From NCBI GenBank assembly GCA_002269645.1, contig NIVC01002737.1:80217-144216 (forward strand): DNA of 64,000 nt, read 5' to 3'. Of the stretch, positions 14,601 to 23,169 are shown one piece after another. Numbering within the stretch: the stretch's first letter is position 1; the number at the start of each line of letters is the position of its first letter. The DNA is from Macrostomum lignano. Lineage: Eukaryota. The notes beneath the pieces are model-generated. The model was not told the origin of the DNA. It did no database searches and was given only the letters and a program-made list of their open reading frames with translations. The position numbers and the translations under genes were made by a program.

Positions 14601-14703
14601 GGCGCAGCAGTTGCGCAGCACAGTGCGCGACTCCGGCTGCGTCAGCGGCAGGACTCCACCTGCCAACTGCCCGTCCTGGGCGCTGTCTAATGAGTACCGC
14701 TAA
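5663..14703 (+). CDS. Gene A: uncharacterized basic, probably nuclear protein with a mutually exclusive exon cluster (427-431 aa)
   Basis: Exon 5663-6384 (phase 2, GTGAGT), exon 9116-9213 (cag|CTTC, ends A|GTGAGT, phase 1), one variant exon from 9694-13820, last exon 14326-14703 (cag|AAACTG, KLARRQKSFELL..YTSSDEE..LRVRELPWES..LD..PSWAL). Phases join; every constitutive exon aligns with gene B. C-terminal motif recalls C14orf93-like proteins (from memory, not searched). Confidence 0.85.
6421..9035. repeat. Intronic minisatellite, 27-bp unit changing to a 31-bp unit
   Basis: GAGGGATTCAGTGGGGTATGAGCGTGT to about 8420, then GAGGGATTCAGTGGGGTATGAGCAGCACAGT; fills intron 1 of gene A. Confidence 0.97.
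9312..9367 (+). promoter_or_regulatory. Putative docking site for the gene A exon cluster
   Basis: CCTTGCATTTGGTG (9322-9335) and GACTTCGCACCGTGATCCAGTTTGATTGCC (9335-9364) are reverse-complementary to segments upstream of five variant exons. Confidence 0.7.
9694..9779 (+). CDS. Gene A variant exon A1 (86 nt, weak donor)
   Basis: ttag|GC..AAG|gttgtt; (S)QAGNLCKRIKIELNNNKRRNRQFRCRQK; partly aligns with A6 (A..L....K....KR....F..R); no convincing selector. Confidence 0.5.
9845..10890. repeat. Minisatellite of about 25-29 bp inside the gene A exon cluster
   Basis: CCTAATGAGCAGCCAGCCTCCCACACCC variants. Confidence 0.95.
11065..11153 (+). CDS. Gene A variant exon A2 (89 nt)
   Basis: ttttttag|AA..AAC|gtaggt; (K)SLNSSGVFGQARHNYLAKFRMLKIKRKSN; selector at 10975-11001. 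Confidence 0.75.
11327..11415 (+). CDS. Gene A variant exon A3 (89 nt)
   Basis: ttgcag|AC..TCT|gtaagg; (N)NKAARAFYAEEKNRVLTRVRMRRVAGQKS; selector GGCAAATAAACTG at 11236-11248. Confidence 0.75.
11814..11911 (+). CDS. Gene A variant exon A4 (98 nt)
   Basis: ttgcag|AG..AGC|gtacgt; (K)HCFPSLYDELTKYDKHRERMKHRMRARRLMNS; weaker selector at 11768-11787. Confidence 0.75.
12081..12178 (+). CDS. Gene A variant exon A5 (98 nt)
   Basis: tttcag|GC..AAG|gtaaac; (S)LSSAAFADLQHSILEKRHYTKHSVRKFRSKLK; selector CATCAAACGCAAGG at 11985-11998. Confidence 0.8.
12330..13480. repeat. 21-bp minisatellite inside the gene A exon cluster
   Basis: CAGAAGTCCCAATCCCATAGT and variants. Confidence 0.96.
13723..13820 (+). 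CDS. Gene A variant exon A6 (98 nt)
   Basis: ttgcag|GC..AAA|gtaaaa; (S)CAEELWLLLKKAVAHKRERDVFYQRKGRLKNK; selector CATCAAAAGCAAGG at 13614-13627. Confidence 0.8.
14030..14280. repeat. CT-rich degenerate repeat before the last exon of gene A
   Basis: CTCTCTACCCCCTCCCAGCCTC units. Confidence 0.85.
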
Positions 14704-14854
14704 TGCTTGCCAGACTGATTAGGTGGCGAGCTGGTTGACTATTCGCGAACTATAGGGTTACTCGCGCCGTTTACCCAACTAACTGTGACGAATTTAGGGC
14801 CAACCATTCTTTACTGCAATTGTTTCTGACACCCAGTTTTGTTCGTGTTCTCTT

Positions 14855-15265
14855 CCATCCATGGGATACCCGCCACACCTGGTCTCTCCCATCCATGGGA
14901 TACCGCCACACCTGGTCTCTCCCATCCATGGGATACCGCCACACCTGGTCTCTCCCATCCATGGGGTACCCGGCACACCTGGTCTCTCCCATCCATGGGG
15001 TACCCGGCACACCTGGTCTCTCCCATCCATGGGGAACCCGGCACACCTGGTCACTCCCATCCATGGGGAACCCGGCACACCTGGTCTCTCACATCCATGG
15101 GGAACCCGGCACACCTGGTCTCTCCCATCCATGGGGAACCCGGCACACCTGGTCTCTCCCATCCATGGGGAACCCGGCACACCTGGTCTCTCCCATCCAT
15201 GGGGTACCCGGCACACCTGGTCTCTCCCATCCATTGGGAACCCGGCACACCTGGTCTCTCCCATC
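14855..15265. repeat. Minisatellite of about 34 bp downstream of gene A
   Basis: CATCCATGGGGAACCCGGCACACCTGGTCTCTCC, about 12 copies. Confidence 0.95.
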
Positions 15266-15854
15266 GAGTTCGTCATACTGTCAATGTTGACTTTTCGAAT
15301 CAAAATTTGAATAGCTCTCCAATGCTGGCACAGAGGCTCCATGCGATTTCAATACCTGGGGAAAAGTATTTGCTGCATTTAAGCTTCAATATTTGCACTG
15401 CGAGTAGTTGCGCAATGTGTCTCTTATCTATAATATTTTACTTGTTGCTGCTATCCCAGTCAGTAAATATTATTGCAATTAGCGAACTTTCATAAACCCC
15501 ACATTGTCACATGTCTCTGTTCACTTGTTAATCTGTAATAAGTTTGCCTGTATTCTGTTTTCATGTGTTTATTATTTTTTGCTGTTGTTTAACTGCCCCC
15601 AGTCATTTCCGCAGCTTTGCTTTTGCGTTAACACACTGTCTCGTTCTGTACATGCTATAAAATACGATAATTACATAACAATATGATAATAATAAATTTA
15701 TTTGCTAAAGAATTTTTCATTCTTTTTCTGTTGTTGCCGATTCATTATCGGAAAAATGCAGTTGTATTACTGTTCTGAAGCTTTGCTCATGTAGTGAAAT
15801 AGACCAGGCTTTATTATTATAGCATAGTGTAGTGCATAGTGCATGTTTAGTTCC

Positions 15855-16280
15855 TGGGATTCCCCTCCAGCACCCATCCCCCTGACTGCCTACCCCACAG
15901 CGTACATTGAATGTCTGGGATTCCCCTCCAGCACCCACCCCTCACTGCTTACCCCACTGCGTACATTGAGGGCCTGAGATTCCCCTCCAGCACCCACCCC
16001 TCACTGCCTACCCCACTGCGTACATTGAGTGTCTGAGATCCCCCTCAAGCACCCACCCCTCACTGCCTACCCCACTGCGTACATTGAATGTCTGGAATTC
16101 CTCTCCAGCACCCACCCCTCACTGCCTACCCCACTGCGTACATTGAATGTCTGGAATTCCTCTCCAGCACCCACCCCTCACTGCCTACCCCACTGCGTAC
16201 ATTGAATGTCTGGAATTCCTCTCCAGCACCCACCCCTCACTGCCTAACCCACTGCGTACATTAAATGTCTGGGATTCCCT
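15855..16280. repeat. 59-bp minisatellite upstream of gene B
   Basis: About 7 copies of CATTGAATGTCTGGAATTCCTCTCCAGCACCCACCCCTCACTGCCTACCCCACTGCGTA. Confidence 0.95.
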
Positions 16281-16341
16281 TCTAGCGCAATGAGTCAAGT
16301 CTGCAATTACGCTTTTGCATGTAGCCTTTCACCACCAAACA

Positions 16342-19300
16342 ATGACGGACATTCTGCCTAGCCACTCCATCACCGGGGGCGTTTTTTCACCCCTGACCCT
16401 GTTCGAGTCCACCATCACCAACGCGCAGATGCTGGTGGAGTCCATGGCCGAGCGGGAGCTGTTCTCCGCCCTGCGCATCATCGGCGGCCTGCACAGCCAC
16501 GTTGTCCAGGTCATGGAGCCGCGCTACGGCCGCCTGTGTGAGCGCAGCGACCACCTCGCCGAGCTGGAGGCCGCCGGCCTGGATCAAAGCCACGGCTCCG
16601 CTGCCGAGGCTGCCGAAGCCACTTCATCCTCGTCGGCTGCTGCCGCTTCTAGCAGACGCTTCGCTAAGGAGGAGAAACTGCTAGGCGACACCGACACGGA
16701 GCAGCAGTGCACCTCAGTGCTGCGCTCCGCCCTTGGCACCATCAAGGTATTTCCTATTCACCGCGTTGTGATGTCGGCGCCTTTCCTATTATATTTGATG
16801 TCGCGGACTTTCCCATCTCCTCTGATGTCGCCGCCTTTCCCATCTCCTCTGATGTCGCCGCCTTTCCCATCTCCTCTGATGTCGCCGACTTTCCCATCTC
16901 CTCTGATGTCGCCGCCTTTCCCATCTCCTCTGATGTCGCCGACTTTCCCATCTCCTCTGATGTCGCCGACTTTCCCCACTCCTTTGATGTCGCCGCCTTT
17001 CCCCACTCCTTTGATGTCGCCGCCTTTCCCGTCTCTTTGATGTCGCCGTCATTCTCTTCTCTTCTGGTGCTCAACAGATGGAGAACTTTGACGCGGCCGG
17101 CGCTTCCGCCCTGCCATCCGCCGCTAACGCAAACTTCGGCGAACAGCTGGAGCCGCCGGAGATCTTGGAAGAGGACGCCGATGATGAAGACGAGGATGAC
17201 GATTGCGTCATCACCGACTACTTCGACGACAGCAGCTTTGGCGCTAGCGGCATCGGCGCCTTCGGTGGCGTCGGCCCGTCGCCCGCCAAAATGCCGCGAC
17301 TCGGCGGGGTCGGCGGCGGCGCAGGCGACAGCTCGATGCCGGCCGAGTGCAAGACCATCATGCGCCGGGCTTACAAAGCTCTCAAGGGCAACGGGCCGCA
17401 TCTGTTTGACTTCAGCCTGCCGTGAGTCTCCTTAGCTGGCACGCCGGTTACCAGTCCCGGCCTCAGTCTGGAAACGCCTCTAGAAATCTTCGACCTTACA
17501 TCAGCCAAAATGCAAACCCTGGTTAGGCTACCCTGAACAAACCCTGAGCCACCCCTGAACAAACCCTGAGCCACCCCTGAACTCAAGTCTGAGCCATTCC
17601 CTGAACTCAACCCTGAGCCACCCCTTGAACTCAACCCTGAGCCACCCCCTGAACTTAACCCTGAGCCACCCCCTGAGCTCAATCCTGAGCCACCCCCTGA
17701 ACTCAACTCTGAGCCACCCCCTGAACTCAACTCTGAGCCACCCCCTGAACTCAACTCTGAGCCACCCCCTGATCTCAACCCTGAGCCAGCCCCTGAACTC
17801 AACCCTGAGCCACCCCTTGAACTCAACCCTGAGCCAGCCCTGATCTCTGTGGACTCAAGAGCGCCGCCTCCCCCACCGCCGGCCCCACAGCTTCTCTTCG
17901 GAGCACAACCAGCGAGTTGCCACCCGCGTCACCGCCAAAGCCAAGGAGATGGCCCAGGGCAAGGGCTGGCCGAGGACATTTGGCTGAGTGAGAATCAGTG
18001 CCGCTTTTTGTGCATTTAGATATAAAGTTTGATAAGTTGATAAATGATGTGTAGAATACAACTCTTAATTAAGATTACACTGCGTATGAAGTAGTTAATA
18101 GAATAGATTAATCGTAAAATCTTATCTTAGTTATATTCTATTAATACTACTCGCACAGACTAGCCAAGTAGTATCTATAGGCTGCGCTAATGTGCTAATT
18201 TTACCTGCCCTCAAGTCTGGAAACGTCGCAAGTAATTTGGGTACAAGAAATATTTAATAACTAATTTTAATCTCCTTTCAACTTGGGCTGCTTCTAATAG
18301 GTTCATGTCTGACTATTTGAGACACAATCAGAGACTTAATTATGCATTAATTATCTAATTAATTATTTGCATTATTTCTATTGCCGAACTGCCTACAGTT
18401 AGCAGGTGGTAAAGCGATGTAATGCTACTGAGACTGTTGCCTATTCGACGTTTCTTATTGGCCATTTAGAATGAGTTTTGAATAAAGCTGAACTGCTCAA
18501 CTCACACTTAGAACTGCCCTACGGCTCAAGGCTAGTCTACCTGTACCTGGATTTTCGGCAAAAGATGAGGTTTAAGCATCGATGCGTTGTAAGCTTTGCT
18601 GGTCATCTCTGTTTCTATCGGTTTTTTGTGTCACACCAGCCTCCACTGTCCTGCTTGCGATGTTCGCCCAGACTCGCGTCTTTATAACAGGCTTTGCTCA
18701 AAACAGTTTTGCCAATATGTTTCTGGCCTCCAATTTGCCCAGGGCTGCCCAAAGAGTCCAGAGTAAATCGGATTCACTGCACCTATGGAGCCCGTCTGCG
18801 CGCCAAGCACAGGCAGATTGTGAGTTCCCTCCCCCTGTGCCCTCCCCTGTACCTTGATGAGCCGCCTCTCCCCCTGTGCCTTTGATGAGCCGCCTCTCCC
18901 CTTGTGCCTTTGATAAGCCGCCTCCCTCCCCCTGTGCCTTTGATAAGCCGCCTCCCTCCCCCTGAGCCTTTGATGAGCCGCCTCTCCCCCATGTGCCTTT
19001 GATCAGCCGCCTCTGCCCCTGTGCCTTTGATGAGCGGCCTCCCTTCCCCTGAGCCTTTGATAAGCCGCCTCTCCCCTGAGCCTTTGATGAGCCGCCTCTC
19101 CCCTTGTGCCTTTGATAAGCCGCCTCCCTCCCCTGAGCCTTTGATAAGCCGCCTCTCCCCTTGTGCCTTTGATAAGCCGCCTCCCTCCCCTGAGCCTTTG
19201 ATGAGCCGCCTCTCCCCCATGTGCCTTTGATCAGCCGCCTCTGCCCCTGTGCCTTTGATGAGCGGCCTCCCTTCCCCTGAGCCTTTGATAAGCCGCCTCT

Positions 19301-22239
19301 CCCCTGAGCCTTTGATGAGCCGCCTCTCCCCTTGTGCCTTTGATAAGCCGCCTCCCTCCCCCTGTGCCTTTGATAAGCCGCCCCCCTCCCCTGAGCCTTT
19401 GATGAGCCGCCTCTCCCCATGTGCCTTTGATCAGCCGCCTCTGCCCCTGTGCCTTTGATGAGCGGCCTCCCTTCCCCTGAGCCTTTGATAAGCCGCCTCT
19501 CCCCTGAGCCTTTGATGAGCCGCCTCTCCCCTTGTGCCTTTGATAAGCCGCCTCTCCCCCCTGTGCCTTTGATAAGCCGCCTCCCTCCCCCTGAGCCTTT
19601 GATGAGCCGCCTCTCCCCCATGTGCCTTTGATCAGCCGCCTCTGCCCCTGTGCCTTTGATGAGCGGCCTCCCTTCCCCTGAGCCTTTGATAAGCCGCCTC
19701 TCCCCTGAGCCTTTGATGAGCCGCCTCTCCCCTTGTGCCTTTGATAAGCCGCCTCCCTCCCCTGAGCCTTTGATAAGCCGCCTCTCCCCTTGTGCCTTTG
19801 ATAAGCCGCCTCCCTCCCCCTGAGCCTTTGATAAGCCGCCTCTCCCCTTGTGCCTTTGATGAGCCGCCTCTCCCCTTGTGCCTTTGATAAGCCGCCTCCC
19901 TCCCCTGAGCCTTTGATAAGCCGCCTCTCCCCTTGTGCCTTTGATCAGCCGCCTCTCCCCCTGTGCCTTTGATAAGCCGCCTCCCTCCCCCCTGAGCCTT
20001 TGATGTCCGCCTGTCTTTGCGCTGGGTTAAGCAAGTCAGTGATAAATAAGTCTACAATTTTACAATCAATTCGACGTTTCCCGTCTGGACAGTTGGCTAA
20101 AAACTCTCGCCTATAAGTGCACCCAGAGTCTGAGGCGATTTTCCCGCAGGACTGCCGAAAGTCGGCCGCCTGTCCGAGATTTTCTTTGTTTTCAGAAGTC
20201 AAATCCGAAACAAGCTGCGACTCGTTGTACGCAATTGTCACAGTTCCGCACTTTCTCTGTTGTGTTGGGAATTTTTCTGTCAAAAATTTTCTACGATGCA
20301 TATCGGCGTTTCCTGACTAAAGTTGAGCAGATTTGGCTTTGCGTAGCAAATTTCTACCAAAGTCGCTATCGTCTACTCACGCCAGTCAGTAGTGTATTGA
20401 GGAGTGCTCGGCTCACTTTTTACATCTATTTTTAGATCTGCCTTCCAGCGGCAAAATCAGGAAGATATTCACCGATTTTAGGCAGAAGATGCGCGCTAGG
20501 CTGGTGCTTGGCGTGCGTGCCCGATTTTCTCTGTTTAGGTTTTTATTTAATTTTTTGACGTTTCCCGGCTGCCTGTAAGCTCACTGCTGTGTGAGGCTTG
20601 TGCTTGCTAACACTTGACCTGACTGCCCCGCTGTTGCAGGGCTGCCACACACCGGCCGGCCGACCGCCATATTCAACGATTTTAGAAAGAAAATGCGCAC
20701 CAGGTTTCGGATGGATGTTAGTGATAATTGCTTTAGGTGTTTCTATGGGGCTCTGCGAATTCCGCTTCAGTGCTGAGACGTTTCCTGACAATGGCCGGGT
20801 GCTGCAATTGTGCGAACCCCCCCGTGTCCGTCACGCCACCGACTGCCGCTTGCAGATCTGCCGCCCAAGGCCCGCCTGCTCGCCATTTTTGGCGACTTTA
20901 AAAAGAAAAGGCGATTCAAGTCCCGCTCTGATGTCAGTGCAGCTGGGTGGCTTTTCGCCTCATCTGTGTTGTTTGTTTTTCCCCATTTTTGATTGCTCTG
21001 CCTTGGCGGGGTAGGCAGGGTAGCTAGATTGGTAGACAGACAAATTGATTGATTGACAGACAGGCCGGCAGGCAAACAAACACTAAGATAGGCAAACAGA
21101 CAGACACAGATACGCTAGCAGACCAACGTAATTGCGCGGTGCACCGTGGGGGGGTGTGAGGCTGTACATTGCTGGCACTGTGGGGCCCCGGGCCAGCAAC
21201 CTTTACCCGCTGTAACTTATCGCTCAGCCTGTTACAATGCCAGACGTTTCCTGACAACTCAGACTGTGAATTGTACAGCACACAGAATTGCCAGCAAACA
21301 GTTACCCATCGCGCGCGTTGCAGAGCTGCCCATGAACAGCCGATTGATCTGCATATTCGCCGACTTTAGAAAGAAGATGCGCAACAGATTTCGTTCAGAT
21401 GTTGGTCCGGGTTCAAAACTCGATTTCAGAGCTTTCAGGCTGCGATATGAAAATATTTGTTACATGCTATTGGAACTACTGTACTGACTGCTGATCAGTA
21501 GTCAATGCCATCATGATATGAAAAATGATTCCTCTCTGATTTGCTTCTGTTTAAACTGTACTGAGCTGTCGAAAAGCCACTGCATGACCTGAGCTATGAC
21601 TGAAAAGCCACTGCATGACCTGATCTATGACTGAAAAGCCACTGCATGACCTGATCTATGACTGAAAAGCCACTGCATGACCTGAGCTATGACTGAACAG
21701 CCGCTGTATGAGATCTGAGCTATGACTGAAAAGCCACCACTCTATGACCTGAGCTATGACTGAAAAGCCACTGTATGAAGGCTATGACTGAAATGAATCT
21801 CAAAGCAGCCAGCTCTCGCAGTCTTGCCTCGCTTCCCCCGAACTTGCAGAAGCTGAACCGCCGTCAGAAAAGTTTCGAACTCGTGGCCACCAGCCTGACC
21901 TCCGACGAGCTGGAGAAGTTCCGCGTGATCCTCACCAGGGAGTACACCAGCTCGGATGAGGAGTGCGGCTCCGGCGGCGCCGACCAGCTGCGGGTCCGCG
22001 AGCTGTCCTGGGAGTCCGACGAGGTGAAGCGGCTGAAGCGGCAGCTGGACCAGGTTTACGCGGACAACTGCGCCACCACCAAGCAGAAGCAGCAGCTGGC
22101 CAGGTGCATCCGCGACCCCGTCCGATCGCGGTCGCAGCGGCCGCCGCCCGAGGCTGCGCCAAGCTGGGCTTTGAAGGCGCCGCTGCAGAAGAACCGGCCG
22201 GGAGACGGCGCTCCGCCGCCCGCCTCCGGCACAGCCTGA
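16342..22239 (+). CDS. Gene B: paralog of gene A with seven 77-nt mutually exclusive exons (437 aa if one missing base in exon 3 is restored)
   Basis: Exons 16342-16746, 17078-17421, 17891-17987, one 77-nt variant exon, 21850-22239. Shares FSPLTLFE.TITNAQML..SMA.R.L..AL.I.GGLH, ECK..R.AYK..KGNGPHLFDF.L, F....NQRV and KL.RRQKSFEL.ATSL..YTSSDEE..LRVREL.WES with gene A. Exon 3 is 97 nt vs 98 nt in gene A. Confidence 0.8.
16790..17045. repeat. 27-bp minisatellite in gene B intron 1
   Basis: TGATGTCGCCGCCTTTCCCATCTCCTC. Confidence 0.95.
17530..17840. repeat. 24-bp minisatellite in gene B intron 2
   Basis: CTGAACTCAACCCTGAGCCACCCC. Confidence 0.95.
18212..18232 (+). promoter_or_regulatory. Putative docking site for the gene B exon cluster
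   Basis: CAAGTCTGGAAACGTCGCAAG, between the constitutive donor (17988) and the first variant exon; reverse complement of the GACGTTTCC(TGAC) motif seen before all seven variant exons. Confidence 0.85.
18512..18588 (+). CDS. Gene B variant exon B1 (77 nt)
   Basis: cttag|AA..GTT|gtaagc; (K)LPYGSRLVYLYLDFRQKMRFKHRCV; selector CGACGTTTC at 18446-18454. Confidence 0.85.
18743..18819 (+). CDS. Gene B variant exon B2 (77 nt)
   Basis: cccag|GG..ATT|gtgagt; (R)LPKESRVNRIHCTYGARLRAKHRQI; selector CTTGCGATGTTCGCCCAGACT from 18654. Confidence 0.85.
18825..20000. repeat. Minisatellite of about 28-30 bp inside the gene B exon cluster
   Basis: GCCTTTGATAAGCCGCCTCTCCCC(TT)GT/GA variants. Confidence 0.96.
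20150..20226 (+). CDS. Gene B variant exon B3 (77 nt)
   Basis: cgcag|GA..GTT|gtacgc; (R)LPKVGRLSEIFFVFRSQIRNKLRLV; selector CGACGTTTCC at 20072-20081. Confidence 0.85.
20436..20512 (+). CDS. Gene B variant exon B4 (77 nt)
   Basis: ttttag|AT..GGC|gtgcgt; (N)LPSSGKIRKIFTDFRQKMRARLVLG; selector CGGCGTTTCCTGACT at 20304-20318. Confidence 0.85.
20640..20716 (+). CDS. Gene B variant exon B5 (77 nt)
   Basis: ttgcag|GG..GAT|gttagt; (R)LPHTGRPTAIFNDFRKKMRTRFRMD; selector GACGTTTCCCGGCT at 20557-20570. Confidence 0.85.
20856..20932 (+). CDS. Gene B variant exon B6 (77 nt)
   Basis: ttgcag|AT..GAT|gtcagt; (N)LPPKARLLAIFGDFKKKRRFKSRSD; selector GACGTTTCCTGAC at 20777-20789. Confidence 0.85.
21324..21400 (+). 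CDS. Gene B variant exon B7 (77 nt)
   Basis: ttgcag|AG..GAT|gttggt; (K)LPMNSRLICIFADFRKKMRNRFRSD; selector GACGTTTCCTGAC at 21243-21255. Confidence 0.85.
21575..21795. repeat. Short tandem repeat (about 31 bp) before the last exon of gene B
   Basis: ATGACCTGAGCTATGACTGAAAAGCCACTGC variants. Confidence 0.9.
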
Positions 22240-22264
22240 CCGCCTTCGCGAGTTACTCCTGCTT

Positions 22265-22630
22265 GACCTGACTTCATCTGCCCTTCTCCGTTATCCGCTC
22301 CCATACGCCCTTACCCTCCGTTATTCGCCCCTTCATCCGCCCTTACCCTCCTTTATTCAACCCCATTCGCCCTTATTTTCCGTTATCCGCCACCTCATCC
22401 GCCCTTACCCTCCGTTATCCGCCCCCTCATCCGCCCCCTCATCCGCCCTTACCCTCTGTTATTCGCCCCTTCATCCGCCCTTACCCTCCTTTATTCGCCC
22501 TTACCCTCCGTTATTCGCCCTTACCCTCCGTTATCCGCCCTTACTCTCCGTTATTTGCCCCTCCAGCCGCCCTTTCTCTTTATCCGCCCCCTTTCTTGCC
22601 CTTGCTCTCACAGTCTCTGTTATCCGCCCC
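22265..22630. repeat. Degenerate C/T-rich repeat 3' of gene B
   Basis: CCGCCCTTACCCTCCGTTAT units. Confidence 0.85.
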
Positions 22631-23169
22631 GCCTCCGCTCAGTCGCAGTTCGCAAGCGCGGACCAGTATTCGAACCCGGGGCAACGAGTTATTGAACTGT
22701 TATTAAAAGCCGCTCTGTGCCCTCCTGTTTGCGCGTCTGCAATCCCCTGTGCCGCTGTTCAATGTACATTGACTTGTGTTTTATTGAATATTTTCTGTTC
22801 GTGGCAGACTTTGCATTTTTATTTTTGTAAACTATTTGAGTATCAATATATTTGCTTTGTCAATCACCCATCAGTTAGCATGGACTGTTTTATTTTTCAT
22901 TAATATGCACCCGCGTTTAATCACAATGTCCAGGCTCTGTTGAACTGCAATTGAATGTCTTTAACCAGGCAAATACAGAACCGCCAACGCATTAACAACT
23001 GCTTATTCAATTATCAATTGCTGTTGCGAAATGATCGAATTCTTATCGATAAATATCTTGATGAGCTGGCTGCTTTTTTTTCAATTGCAAAAGACATTTT
23101 TGCAATTGCATTATAAAAAATATCAGGTTAGTTTGTGGACTCAGATATCATTGGGAATCACCAAAATGA

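Noticed and set aside
20235-21300. RRFL peptide recurring upstream of gene B exons as a separate coding exon
   Set aside because: Conservation is at nucleotide level (GACGTTTCC), with no consistent splice sites; better explained as selectors.
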